Positions 12,780-24,545 of a stretch of 60,913 nt of DNA are shown piece after piece. Below the pieces are notes generated by a model that saw only the letters and a program-made list of their open reading frames with translations, ran no database searches and was not told where the DNA came from. Position 1 is the stretch's first letter. Every line of letters starts with the position of its first letter. The stretch lies in NCBI GenBank assembly GCA_000934665.2, contig KZ538575.1:1-60913 (forward strand), read 5' to 3'. The position numbers and the translations under genes were made by a program. Origin of the DNA: Catajapyx aquilonaris. Its lineage: Eukaryota.

Positions 12780-13660
12780 TATACATACGATATGGTACTT
12801 TCTTGGGGAAACATTACCCATGGATGGCGACTGTGGTACAGTACGGGACGTGGTGCCTTGTTCACGTGATGTCTGTGGCTGTTCAGACTTTGGTGACGTC
12901 TGTTGGCCAGCGGTGTGATGCTGGGGTACGTCACCATTGGTGGTGCCAGAGGAGGTACATGTGCACGCCTTGGAGAGGCTGGACTTGACCGTAGCTCAGG
13001 ATGAGTCGATTCCGGAGGTGATGCCGGTGCGGTTGCCAGCTGAGGAAGTCCACTTGTGCCCACCGTCGACTTTGGTGCCATGGTTCTCTTGACCAGCCCT
13101 GAAGGTCCTGCAAACCAGCTGACGTCCCTTGTATGAGTACATCAGTAGACCAGCACTTTGGACGAACGCTAGTGTCCTTTCCATCTCCTCTCTCCCTCCC
13201 CCCGCCACTGTTTCAATGTTAAGATTAATGTTTTCTGAGTGAGTTTTGTAGTGAGTTTTTTTTCGTTTGCCAATTTGTTATGAAAGTTTATTGGTAAGGT
13301 ACGACCCCGCCTTTTTCTTAATGAGGGGGGCACTGTGGCATTGCCTTTGCTTGAACCTGGCGCCACAGAGGGTGCATAGTGGCCTGGTAAGGGTGGCCAT
13401 CTGGTAGTGGGATTGGGAATGGGAGACTGAGGTTGGCCAGACTAGGGAGAGGTTGGGTGAAGGTGTCCTCTGCCCGTGGGCTGTGTGCTGAGGGGCCTTG
13501 GGCCCCGGTGTTGTACGTGAGTATAATGTATTAGTTTGATAGTAACTGTGTGACTCCTTGGGGTATGAGACAAGGGGACTGGGCTAGGCTGGTGGGGTCA
13601 CTAGGCCTAGCTCAACGTAGCGTGCCCACCTATAGCAGGGCAGGCACGCGACAACATACT
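12780..13660 (-). mobile_element. Possible degraded non-LTR retroelement fragments
   Basis: GC-rich block unlike its flanks. Minus-strand peptides RPLCTLCGARF (~13345-13390, zinc-knuckle-like) and ERTLAFVQSAGLL (~13140-13180) loosely resemble LINE ORF2 C-terminal motifs. No RT or endonuclease motif is visible. Confidence 0.25.
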
Positions 13661-13722
13661 ACGATAACAGAGGAATAGATGAAGTGTGGTAAGACGCATA
13701 GTTGTCACATGCTATGCATTTT

Positions 13723-14149
13723 TATTTATTTTATTTATTTATTTTGGTTCCCCCTTGAGTCCAATTGGTCAATGCAGGGGGAGGAGATCTCCTCCATTTT
13801 CTATACTTTTCAATCTCACCGGTGCAGGGACAGGGAAGGGATAGGGAGGGAGGAACAAAGGTGCTGGTCATTGTCCTGTGGTGGGGGCCGTGTGCAGTCC
13901 CTCAGGGGGCCAAGCTTAGACACCCCCCTAGGCGCGGCCGGAAGCTCCCACAGAACACCGCGCCTCCAGGGCAGGGAAAGGAAGGAAGCGGCTGTGGCCT
14001 ATTTAACGGTATGATCCTGGGATTTCCCTGGGGTGTCCTTGGAAAACCACAGAAAACCAAGGTCAGGACCGCCGGCCTCCGGGACTCGAACCCAGGACTT
14101 CCCGATTAGCAGTCGGACACCATATTCACTACACCACTACTGCTTCGGT
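13723..14149 (-). mobile_element. tRNA-derived SINE (family C), (TAAA)n tail
   Basis: Minus strand has A-box TGGTGTAGTG, B-box GGTTCGAGTCC, central GGTTTTCTGTGGTTTTCC...AGGCCACAGCCGCTTCCTTCC motif and a (TAAA)n tail; exact 16-bp TSD ACATGCTATGCATTTT at 13707-13722 and 14150-14165. Confidence 0.93.
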
Positions 14150-14679
14150 ACATGCTATGCATTTTACAAAAGGTGCCTTGGAAAAATCACAAGCAGCCGT
14201 GACAATAATTAATTATTCCACGTGTCTCCGAGCCTCATGTCGTCCTCAGATTTGCCTGTAAAAATAATATCGACAATACATGTTGACAATATTTCACACT
14301 CCTGTGAGTCATGTATAGTTGGAGAAATTCTAGGATGTAGGCCTGTAGTAATTAAGAGGATAATTGCATGAAACCTTATATCCCTGTACTACGAACTGTA
14401 CTGTACTGTACTGTGTCGTATAAGGAATTTTGTAGCTTTGCAGGCCCACTGTGAGCAGCCTCCATATTATGCGGGGTGCGTGGCACAGTGCTTTTCACAG
14501 TATAATAAGCAGGTATCAAGGCACAAGATGATTTTGTACTTCTAACCACGATAACTTTGGTAACCAAAAGACGCCGAAAAGCACTACACATGGAACGCTA
14601 CAGTGAAGTACTGTACAGTACATATACCGGTACCTGAATCAACCTCCTGTGGCTAATTCTGACCCACTGGCTTATCTAA

Positions 14680-14875
14680 AGCGGCGTTTACATATGAGCG
14701 ATTTGACGAGCGAAATCTCCGCCTATATGCTACGTAACCCAAGTAACCAATACCGTATTGTTTGAGGCTAAAATCGATTGTTAATTTCAGCTGCGGCGAC
14801 GATTTCGCTCCACTTCGCTCGCCGAATCGCTCACGGCGATTTTCGCCTCAAACAATACGGTAGGCCTATTGGTTA
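14680..14875. mobile_element. Rearranged PIF/Harbinger-like MITE remnant with interleaved inverted repeats
   Basis: TAA followed by AGCGGCGTTTACA (Harbinger-like terminus); IR pair 14695-14714 / 14814-14833 and IR pair 14745-14776 / 14837-14874. Confidence 0.6.
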
Positions 14876-15163
14876 TTTTGATCAATGCCTCAAATACTGT
14901 AAGTATCAATATGTCACTATTTTTGTGACCAGAGACGATTGAACATATAATTTAATGCAGTGAGCACATGGATTTAACCACTAAACGAACGATTATCCAG
15001 AAGAAAATATTTCACTTGCATAATGATGTTCGTAATCGTGTTGCGTGTAATGTCACAGAGGTAATACATTAAACTGACATGAATGGCACATTTTTCGCAG
15101 GATGTGTCGTTTTCCTAAAGCAATATATTCACGTGTAATCCTTCATTACCATTGAATTCAGTA

Positions 15164-16158
15164 AGGTAAAGTGGGGGAAGTGCACAATCGGGGGAAGTGC
15201 ATCTCGGGTTGCTAGCTGGGGATGTGTGAAAGGTATTGCTGCGCCATATGTCGTCCTACTAGTGAATACTATGGTCTTGTAATCTGGCACAAGAGGGCAG
15301 GTTTACCTGCCCTTTTTGTCCAGAAGCACATGCTGTTTCGCGAGTTCTGCACTGCCTACTCCTGATGTGAGATACCTGCCAGCAACATCTGAGCGAGTTT
15401 TTCCGGTAAGTTTCCATCACCCAGTGTTCCTACTACACAGTTGTGGTGGCGTTCAACAGTATTATATGTATGTACAGTATGAGTGATGAAAGTGGGTAAT
15501 AATCATTGAATGTGGCGGGGGGGTATGCACTTCCCCCCGGAAAATGTACGGCTGGGGCAAGTGCACCTCTGCTGCTTGGGGTAAGTGCATTCATGATGTA
15601 CCACATAATAATTGAGTTCATGTTCTGTGTGAATGTTACATTTTACACTTACGCTACATTTACTTTACATGTTACACTTACTGGAACTAGCTTACTCTGA
15701 GCCTTCTGTGTTCCAAAGCAGCAAATGTCAAAATGGGGAGGACTTACTTACTTAAGACTTACTTACTTACTTACGCAGTTATACGCAATGAAGTTCGTAT
15801 CTCCTGAACAAATTGAGATATCATCATTCTGTAAATGGCATGTTTTAGCTCTGATTTTGATTATGACGCACTGCCCCCATCGCAGCAGAAATATAATTAT
15901 TGCATGCAGGAATTGGATGGGGGGGATGCACTTACCCCGGGTGCCGGGGGAAGTGCACACCTCATGCATTGTTCCGCATGATTGTTGCTGCCTTGGAAGC
16001 CCTTCGTTATGAACCATTCTCCTTCTAACAGTGTCTTAGTAAATGGACAGGAGTAACTGCAGGCAAAATTTCATTCAGATACAAGGAACAGGTGGGATGC
16101 GATAGATGATTTAAAGTGATCTATTACAAAACAGGGGTGCACTTCCCCCACTTTACCT
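15164..16158. mobile_element. ~1-kb non-autonomous pogo/Tc1-mariner-type element
   Basis: Perfect TIRs including TA TSD: TAAGGTAAAGTGGGGGAAGTGCAC (15162-15185) / GTGCACTTCCCCCACTTTACCTTA (16137-16160). The GGGGAAGTGCA motif recurs internally in both orientations (~15191, ~15525, ~15555, ~15580, ~15928, ~15947). No transposase ORF. Confidence 0.92.
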
Positions 16159-16354
16159 TATAATGTTCCTATTCCATCAACCCTCTAGCTGCTGCCAATA
16201 TACCTGTTTAAAACCTTCAATTTCTCAGTGGCACAGTTCGTATTACTCTGATTCACAGTCTATGCATTACGGGATTTGCTAGATTAACAGAAACTGTTGT
16301 TTAACAAAGTGCTATATTTAATTTGTTTCCTCTGGCTGTATTTTCACTTTGCAG

Positions 16355-16453
16355 AATGAAGGACAATTATTGCGAAAGTGAGTGCATACAGACCGCTATG
16401 CAAAGATGCCTGGATTAAACGCATGGTCAGTCCATGCCAAGGGAGCACCATAG
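16355..16453 (+). other. Candidate non-coding exon (99 nt)
   Basis: Acceptor TTTTCACTTTGCAG| and donor AG|GTAAAT; stop codons in all three frames, so non-coding if real. Confidence 0.2.
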
Positions 16454-17304
16454 GTAAATAATAATCATGGCTGTTCGTATGTCAAAAAACAAGTATCGGA
16501 TTATTTTTTTCTGCAAAACTTCAGCAAGATAAGTCATAAACGAGGGGTGTCAGATCAAAAGCGGCGAAGTCCACAAGAGGCGAATTTACAGTAAATACAA
16601 AAAAAAACCGCTAATGTCTTAATTTTCGCCCGTACAAGCTTGAAAATTTGTATACGTACTGTACATGTGTTGCCGCAGTTCAACTTCGTATGTAAATGTA
16701 CGCAAATGTGCCATCAATATCCATACTGGCATTGGTTATATACTGGCATGCTGGCGACCTCGTTTTATACCGGCATGCCGCTTTAAGTGAGGTGCATATT
16801 TAACTGGTAATTTTAAATGAAATATTTCATTATGTGAAAACCGCCCTTTATCAAGAGCACGAAAATAATGCTATAGCGTTTGGACCAGTGAACCTATAAT
16901 TATGCCTTCATCATTGTGTGACACTTGCCTGTCCTGTCGGGTCAATATCAAGTCATTGAGACAATTAATATCGGGGGAAATAATTTTAGAAGTTGCCAAA
17001 AAGGATCAAAATTCGCACATTTGACGTAAAAAATCTTGATATGGAGCTGGATCGATTTTTAGTTTTTTACATCATTAATTAATTCTTTCAAATGTAATAT
17101 TCAATGACATATGAAACGTTCATACTGTCCAAACAGTAATGGAAGTATGGATTTTCAAAAATCAGGAATTATTATTTCAGATAGATGTGCCTAAGTCTGG
17201 AAACTGTGTCAATGGGGAACTATAGACCCTATAGTATTTGGCTTGAAACATTCATCATTGGTGTTTACTTTAGTAAACGTTTGATTTTGCCTACATACTC
17301 CTAA

Positions 17305-17462
17305 TAAGGTATGCATAAGTCAAAACTTTTTCGGAACCTGCATTTCACTCGTAATCAATTTCTTCGTAAGATTATAGCCTTTTAATTGGGACAAGCATGT
17401 ACTACAGTACAATAAAAATAACCTGCCAAATGCAGGTTCTGCAAATGTTTTGACACCTTGTA
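17305..17462. mobile_element. Small degenerate Tc1/mariner MITE
   Basis: Inverted repeat GTCAAAAC...GAACCTGCATTT (17319-17345) / AAATGCAGGTTC...GTTTTGAC (17428-17454); right end reads TACAAGGTGTCAAAA on the minus strand, like a Tc1/mariner terminus. Confidence 0.6.
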
Positions 17463-18379
17463 GAGCATTGGAGCTAAATTCCCTGCATCTGTTCACTACT
17501 TTCTAGCTCATTCAACGAATGCAGTGTAGTACACCACCGTTTTTTTCACCCATCATTTTTTATTATCCTTTATAAAATCTCATCATAATATTGGCATGAC
17601 ACGCTTCTACAATGAAGAGGACTTTTCGCTTTCCCTGGCTTGAGCATTGAATTTATTACAATCGCCTAACAAAGTATATAGGCTAACAAATAGGCCTTAC
17701 GAACACCGAAGTCTGTATTTTTTTCACCCGGCAATAATAAATTGTTTTGGTCCCTAGGGAAGAGGCATTTTACATAGCAGTGAGTACAATACAGCCGTCA
17801 CCTGAGCTAAAACAAATCACCATGCACTGTGTTGCTTTAATCAGGTACGTACGTGCATTAACGTTTTATTCTTCTGGTGATATTACTGTGTCCCGCGCAT
17901 CTGCCTCAGTTCAATGGGGATATATAGGCCTTCGTTGGCAAGCATTGTATGCCCCCCGTAACAATAATGGCGGAAAAACTGTATTATACTGTGCTTGCAG
18001 TTTTTTATTCAAATTTAATGAAAAATTAGTCAAATTAGTTTTAGCCAATGTAATTTGTCAATCTCCAGAGTGATTGATGTAGGCCTACAGTGTGCTCGAC
18101 TTATTGTGTGCATAAATATCCAATCCATGATGGACTGGCTTGCCAATTTTGCGCAATTAAAAATTAAGTGTTCCACCTACATTTTCTATTCCGATATTTT
18201 CTGAAGGATATTCACGTGCAGCATGAAGAGAAAATGTGCTCAATGATTAATTTTGAAGTGGAACACTATGAAAAATCAATCCTTGGACATCTTGAATATT
18301 CTTATAACATCTCTAAAATCAATCCTTGAATTTGGGGAAATGTGATCATTATATTAATAACGTAAACTGTTATTTGCAC

Positions 18380-18535
18380 GGACCTGTTTCGATGGTAATG
18401 CAATCAACAACAACCAATAATAATATTGTTGTTGATACCATGGCAAAATATGCATAGCACCTTTGATATTGTTGAATATCATAGATGCTATGGGGTTGTG
18501 TTGACGTTACCATGGCAACAACGAAACATGTCCTG
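18380..18535. repeat. Degenerate inverted repeat (old MITE)
   Basis: GGACCTGTTTCG..ATGGTAA..TCAAC against GTTGA..TTACCAT..CGAAACATGTCC; many mismatches and no clear TSD. Confidence 0.4.
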
Positions 18536-19151
18536 GTTTTATGGTAATTTAATCAGCAAGAATAATTGTTGATGCAGAATAATATTGCATGTTTTGAGCA
18601 ATTTAATTGGCTTTTTCCAAAATGTATGAGTAACGACTACCTGCCGCTACCTGCACTAAAATTATTGCACAGCATTGCGAAATCATTGAATCGTTTGTGA
18701 ATGCTTTTGACTGACGTAAAAAGAAAAAAAAGAAAAAAAGTACTGCGAACACAATACGCTGGTACAGTACATGATTGAAAGAATAAATAGAACCATGATA
18801 CACATGAAGACCTGATACTCAGAACGATCAGAATCATATTATGGTTGAAATTGAGTTATGCATTGGAAATGTACAGTACGGTACTTTCTAATGGTCAATC
18901 AGTTTTCTGATCGAAAAATTATAGCCCCCCTATAGAAAAAATTCCAGGAAAGAATTCATCCCTTAAGAGGGAGGGGAGAGAGGGGACGATAGTAATGAAA
19001 TATTGTAACTGCAAACTCTCACATCTCAAAATCAATCAAATGTTACTCTGATCATTCTACATTTTAGGTTTTCACATTCCAGGTACTCTATTGTTGTAAT
19101 ACATTTTTATGAAGCAGCTTTGGCTATTTGGAAGATATAGGCCCACTCCAT

Positions 19152-19174
19152 TCTCTCTCTCTCTCTCTCTCTCT
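19152..19174. repeat. (CT)n microsatellite
   Basis: Direct reading. Confidence 0.95.
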
Positions 19175-22016
19175 ACTTGCATAAACTGTAGCCTACTTAA
19201 AATGTAAAAGCCGGAAGTTTGGAGCCGTAATTGGAATAATTGATATCTTAAGTGAAGAGCTAATCGGAGTGAGCACCATTTGGTGGTCTCCTGAAAACTA
19301 GAACTAGAACTAATGCCTTGTAGCGGATTATTGTTCCATTCGAGACCCTCTCGAGTCAGGTTGCTGAGAAGCGACTGGGTCGCAACTCATCCTCCAAATT
19401 GATTAGGAATTACCCACCTCCCCCTGCCTGTAATCAGGGCATCAGAGCGAAGAGCCCTCTTGTTAGCATAATTATGCTTTTTCATAGCTACGTAACCAAA
19501 TAAGCAGGCTCAATTCGGTAACAAGACTGTCATGTTTAAACACGGGGAGAGTGTGGGGGTGTACAAATGCGGACTGGGCCATCTGTAGCGCTAATGGAAA
19601 CGCGTGTGAAAAATCACCGTGATAATGCCGGGCAAACAAGTCTGGCATTAGAGCCCTGCAAGGAGGGGGGGGGGGGGNNNNNNNNNNNNNNNNCGCCCCC
19701 CCCCCCCCCAGCACTCCCCGTCGCCACTATACACTTGAGTAGACAGGCGAGAAGTTCATTCTGGGGCCCAGGGTTTTGCACCCCCACCCATCTCGACTTG
19801 GCTAATGGAGAAATCCATAACTGGGGGAGTAGCAACCTGCAGATCCGTATCATTCTGGCCTGAAGTTGGGTTTCTCTCCGGAGAGAAGCCCAGGGAGAGA
19901 TGAAGGATTAGGATGACGTCGCCTCCATTTTCCCCTCGCAAGCCGTGGAAATAATATCTGTCCGGGGAGGGGCGTTGGGATTTGAGGCATTATCCGCTCC
20001 AGGGAAGTGAAGTGCAGGGGATTAGCTAAATCGTAAGCGATTGCTCCTGAAGAGCTTTCATTCCAGCCCNGCCTCTTTTTTACTCTATCCTCCCCCAGTT
20101 CTATGCACCTGCCCCACTCTCTCCCTGGTCCAGCTCTAGGATTTTCCCTGCCTCACCCACTCATACACATGAGAAAGAAACCCGCAGCTGTCCGCGACAT
20201 GCCCAACCCCCTGGCCAATTTGCTACAAGTGCGCTGACATATGCTGGACTTCACTTTATGCGAACCGGGGGACGTGTCTTATTCCAGGACGATGGGACTT
20301 ATTTTCAGGCTCTCGCTTAATCTTCCGCTGTGGGGACTAGCATGCTTGGAGTTAAATATTAAGCTGGGTAATGTCTCTAATTGGGACTGGATTCGAATAT
20401 GGGCAATCTTTTGATGATGCTTTTAAAATTATTATAGCGAATGAAGCTGTAGGACTACTATTTCTACGAGGTAAGTTCAACACAAACTTTTGTGACACGG
20501 AGTGTCTACTGAGTTGGAAACTTTCATTTTCTATCGGGAATGCGAAATATCAATACCGATGTGAGCGCAATTCTGAAACGTGCAGAGCCCATTTTCAGTA
20601 ACATGTTTACTGGAAATGTGTTCAGCATTTTAAAGAAAATTATATGTGCAGCTGTCATTTGAGCAATAGTTAAAATAGGTATCGATTGTAATGGGATAAT
20701 CAAAGTTTTGCCGATTCTAGACCACAGCTGCACTAGATCAATGAGCAGTGCCACTGGCTGTTATAATATTTCATTGCAAGGTAAGTTAGTACACAGTATC
20801 ACGTTCATTTTTCCACTTTCGTTGTGCAAACACGAGGGAAAAAGTAAGCCCCCAAAAAACCCATATAAAACACAATAAAATTGTTCAGCAGTTATACAGA
20901 ATCCCTTTTTTGTACCGCTTGGAGATCATGGCAAAGTGTGTACTGCACGAACGAACACTGGTACTGAAATATTTGCCTCACCAGTAACTTTTTTTGTGAC
21001 AAATTATCCAATTATATTCATTTACACCCTAACGGCTTTTGCAACTTCCTGCGAAAAGGGAGGCAATGTTGAGCATAATACCCTGAAACCACAGTCATCA
21101 AAGCGCCTAACCCATCGATGTACGGTGTCGAGGATAATCGTCTGTCCTTTTAAGCAAAAAGCTAGCTCTCTGTCATGATAATAGTGCGTTCTTGTTTTCA
21201 AAGAGGTGGATCTCACTTGCTCCCTCTGACCTGTAATGACAGAACCCACGCATTAGGTGGGGAGAAGCGGGGAGCGTCGGATGAACAGCATGTTCAACGT
21301 GGCCGCAATGAAACTGACATTCCTACCGTCAGCAAATCTTTCCCCGGTACATAATGGCGCAACTTATCTGGAAAAGTAAGAAACGGCCCACTTCCCCCGG
21401 CTAATCTAGAAGGGGAAGTACAGTATCTGATTGGCCGGCAAGGCATGACTCAGCTCTGTCCGCAAGAAGATTACATTATGGCAGGACCCGTGGCTTCCAA
21501 AATCGCCTGAAACGAGCCTGATCAGCTCACTCAACTCTCGCATTCAAGATTGGAAAAGGGGAAGGGAGTTGGGGAGGAGGATGTTGGGGAGGGAAAAGAG
21601 ATGCGAGGGGTTGGTTCTTTGGATGACATTTAAAATTATAAGCAGTGGCCCGAGGGCGATTGTGTATCGGCCTTATTGAATCGTGAAATAATAATGCATG
21701 AATACACAGTGATTTGCGTGGCGAATTGGATTCGCGGTTGGCTTTTCCGGCCTTTGTGCCGCATATTGTGACCTCAGTTGTGGGCCGCCTAACTTCCAGG
21801 ATGATTATTGGACAAAACCATGATTAGGCGTGAAGCCTATGCGGCCCTAGCGGAGCTGTGTTCTAATACCTGGTTTTCCGCCAGCGCCGGCCAGGCGGCG
21901 CGGCGCAGAGGAGCAACTGTGGCCTATCTTGACTAGCTAAGCTGGTAACTGAAAGTGTAGAACAACATGTTAAATCTATAGGTACAAGTGTTAAATCCGT
22001 TGTTCTGGAATTAATC

Positions 22017-22038
22017 TACAGTACAGTACAGTACAGTA
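22017..22038. repeat. (TACAG)4TA tandem
   Basis: TACAGTACAGTACAGTACAGTA read directly. Confidence 0.95.
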
Positions 22039-23315
22039 TATACAAATACAGCGGTTCGTAGTTGATAGCCGAATTTGCCAGATGACGCAGGAGTGTCAGA
22101 AGAGATCTACGCACCATCTCGACGCAATTTTGAAAGTCGGCACTTCTAGTATGGAGGCTTGACGCGTCTCCCTGGAGATAAAATGCGCTCGTTTCAGTAT
22201 CTATAGTATAGTGGAGGGTCCGGGGGATTTGCTGTGATGACCGGGTTTTCCATCCGGGGAAAGGATCAGCTCCAACGTGCCACACTAGTGACTGGAATTA
22301 CATTAAGCATGGGCTCTGGCTGCGCCGGCATTAAAAGGTCTAATGTAGCCGCAAATGGACAAGCAAGGAGGGGGCGATTGCCAGCTAGCAGGATATCTGC
22401 GATAGGGAAGATGAACGCTCGGCATGCAAGCAGTTATTGGAGGGGATGGCATAGCAAGGCGTGGGATTGAATGTTCTGGCTGTATGGAGCATGTACAGTG
22501 TTCCGTGGGTTGGCTCTCATGCCCTTGCGTCCAATAGGGGCATGGAGTATTTTCATTTCCTACCTGGACTGGCAAATGAAGCAGGCATGGCCGTTATTTT
22601 CTCCCCAGTCCAACCAGTCCAACCCCCCAAAAAGCACGGTATTTCCGCTTACAGAAATTGCATCCAAGATACCGAATGGCCCACTCATATACTCGGGAGT
22701 GAAGCACTGCACGTGTGAACTGTAAATCTGCAATGCGGTCCTGGAGTGCTGTAGACGAGCAGCGATCATGTTACTCTGCTTCCCTTTGTAGCCTTGTTTT
22801 TGGTGCAGAATCCTTTGAAATTCCAATCCGGACTGTTCATGTCTGGTGGGAGCAGTTTGCGAGTGCACAGTTGCAGGGTAATGTGATGTGATGGTGTAAG
22901 ATGTTGCCCATTATGTGCTTAACCAATTGAAAGGCCACTGAACAAAATGCACAGCTAATGTGCACTAGGTTGGAAAAAATATATGGCAGTTTGAAAGCGA
23001 ATTATCGCTTGTGCACTAAATTATTTTAGGGTTGTTCTCTATTATTGGATTGCGAGCATGTCGTTATTTGCTCATGAATATAAAGCGTTTTCTCGTACAA
23101 ATTCATTGCAAGTTGACAATTTGTGCCAAAAAATTAATTGACAGCAACAGTATTTCAGTATGCAATTGTTCACAATATTGTAACTTTAGAACATGTTGTT
23201 TAAAAGCAAATTAAAATCTCCGATTATGTATACTGTAGGTAGGTCCCTATTCGCAATACGTATTCTGACATAATTCGAGTTTTCCTCATTTTTAAAGTTT
23301 CAGTATCATGATTAA

Positions 23316-23443
23316 CTGCAGTAAGGTGTATGGGAGTTCTGTACGAGATTCCACTACGAACTATAGGCACTACACAAGACTTACAAAATATAATAATATT
23401 ATATTTGGAATCTCGTACAGAACTCCCATACACCTTACTGCAG
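23316..23443. mobile_element. 128-bp TTAA-flanked MITE (piggyBac-like) with perfect long TIRs
   Basis: Perfect 43-bp inverted repeat at 23311-23353 / 23406-23448, including TTAA at 23312-15 and 23444-47; 52-bp spacer. Confidence 0.85.
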
Positions 23444-24027
23444 TTAATTTCTCAGATTTGTGGTAGTTATTACAGCTGCACCACACACAGAACTGACAGC
23501 ACATGGTTTAGAGCCTACATTACTGTCATTTGGGTTCCACCGACAATATTTCACCCTTGCCCACATGAATCGACAAAAGCGGAGGGAATATGGGAGAAGT
23601 TACGTGAAGCAGATAGTGACAAGGGCCGTTGCGGTAGGTACCTTATATATAGTAGACTATAGTCTAGGGCCTTTGAAAGGAACTCTTTTACATCAGAGGT
23701 TGAATTTTGGATGCTTCTGCGGAACTACTTTTGGCCTCATTATAGATTTAGAGATGTAGCGTTCGCCCGTTGTTTTAAGGTGTATTGGCGAGGGAGACGT
23801 ATAGGCTTTATACGGTTCTTATTTGAAAAGCTTCGCCTTCTACACTGCTGACTTTCAGTCTTGCACATCTGAATGCGATATGAAAAAATTAAGTGCTCAT
23901 TTAATGTTGTAACACATTTCAGAACACTCCATGAACTTTACACAAAACTTGTTTAAAAATTCACATCTTTTATGAAAGGCTTTCCGCTCCAATGATTATA
24001 ACCTTGTCCACGAACATTGAAATCATA

Positions 24028-24545
24028 CGAGGGGCGTTCATAAAGTTCGTACCTTTGAGTTGAAGGAAAAGAGAGAAACAGTTCAAATTGCACATATTAT
24101 GTATATTAGTCCTTCAAGAACCCTACAGAGCCACCCATTTTTCCCAGCGATTCACGACCTGTAGAACATCATTATTGTATAAGTCGACCCTTGTGCTTGA
24201 AAAATGTTTTCAACCTTTGTTGTCCGTGATGCTTGTGTTTCTCTCATGACCTCTAAGAGGTATTCCTGTGGTAGCTTCGTCTACCAAAGCCGGGAAGGTC
24301 TTTGGGGTCATGGGAGAAACACAACTACACAAGCCCCCACCATCATGGACAACAGGTTAAAAACGTTTTTAAAGCACAAAGTGTCGACTCTTGTGATGGT
24401 GTCCTGCAGGTCGTGCATCGCCGGTAAAAATGTGTGGCGCTGGTGGGTTCGTATGTAGGGAGGGACTAACACATTGTGTACAATTTGAATCATTTCTCTC
24501 TATTTTTCTTCAACCCAAAGGTACAAACTTTATGAACGCCCCTCG
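24028..24545. mobile_element. mariner-derived fold-back MITE made of two inverted 3' ends
   Basis: TA TSD; TIR CGAGGGGCGTTCATAAAGTT / AACTTTATGAACGCCCCTCG; arms stay homologous for ~200 bp, and each encodes a decayed mariner transposase C-terminus. Confidence 0.92.
24347..24469 (+). pseudogene. mariner transposase C-terminal remnant
   Basis: Translates as GQQVKNVFKAQSVDSCDGVLQVVHRR*KCVALVGSYVGRD*; the opposite arm (minus, ~24107-24225) gives ...VDLYNNDVLQVVNRWEK. Together they match the mariner C-terminal pattern F..Q..dFy..G...l..RW.KCv...G.YVEK. Confidence 0.75.

Noticed and set aside
19664..19730. G-run/N/C-run structures (also 1361, 10680, 47420, 53882)
   Set aside because: Ns mark assembly gaps at homopolymers, so true length and structure are unknown; these may be MITE interiors but cannot be supported.
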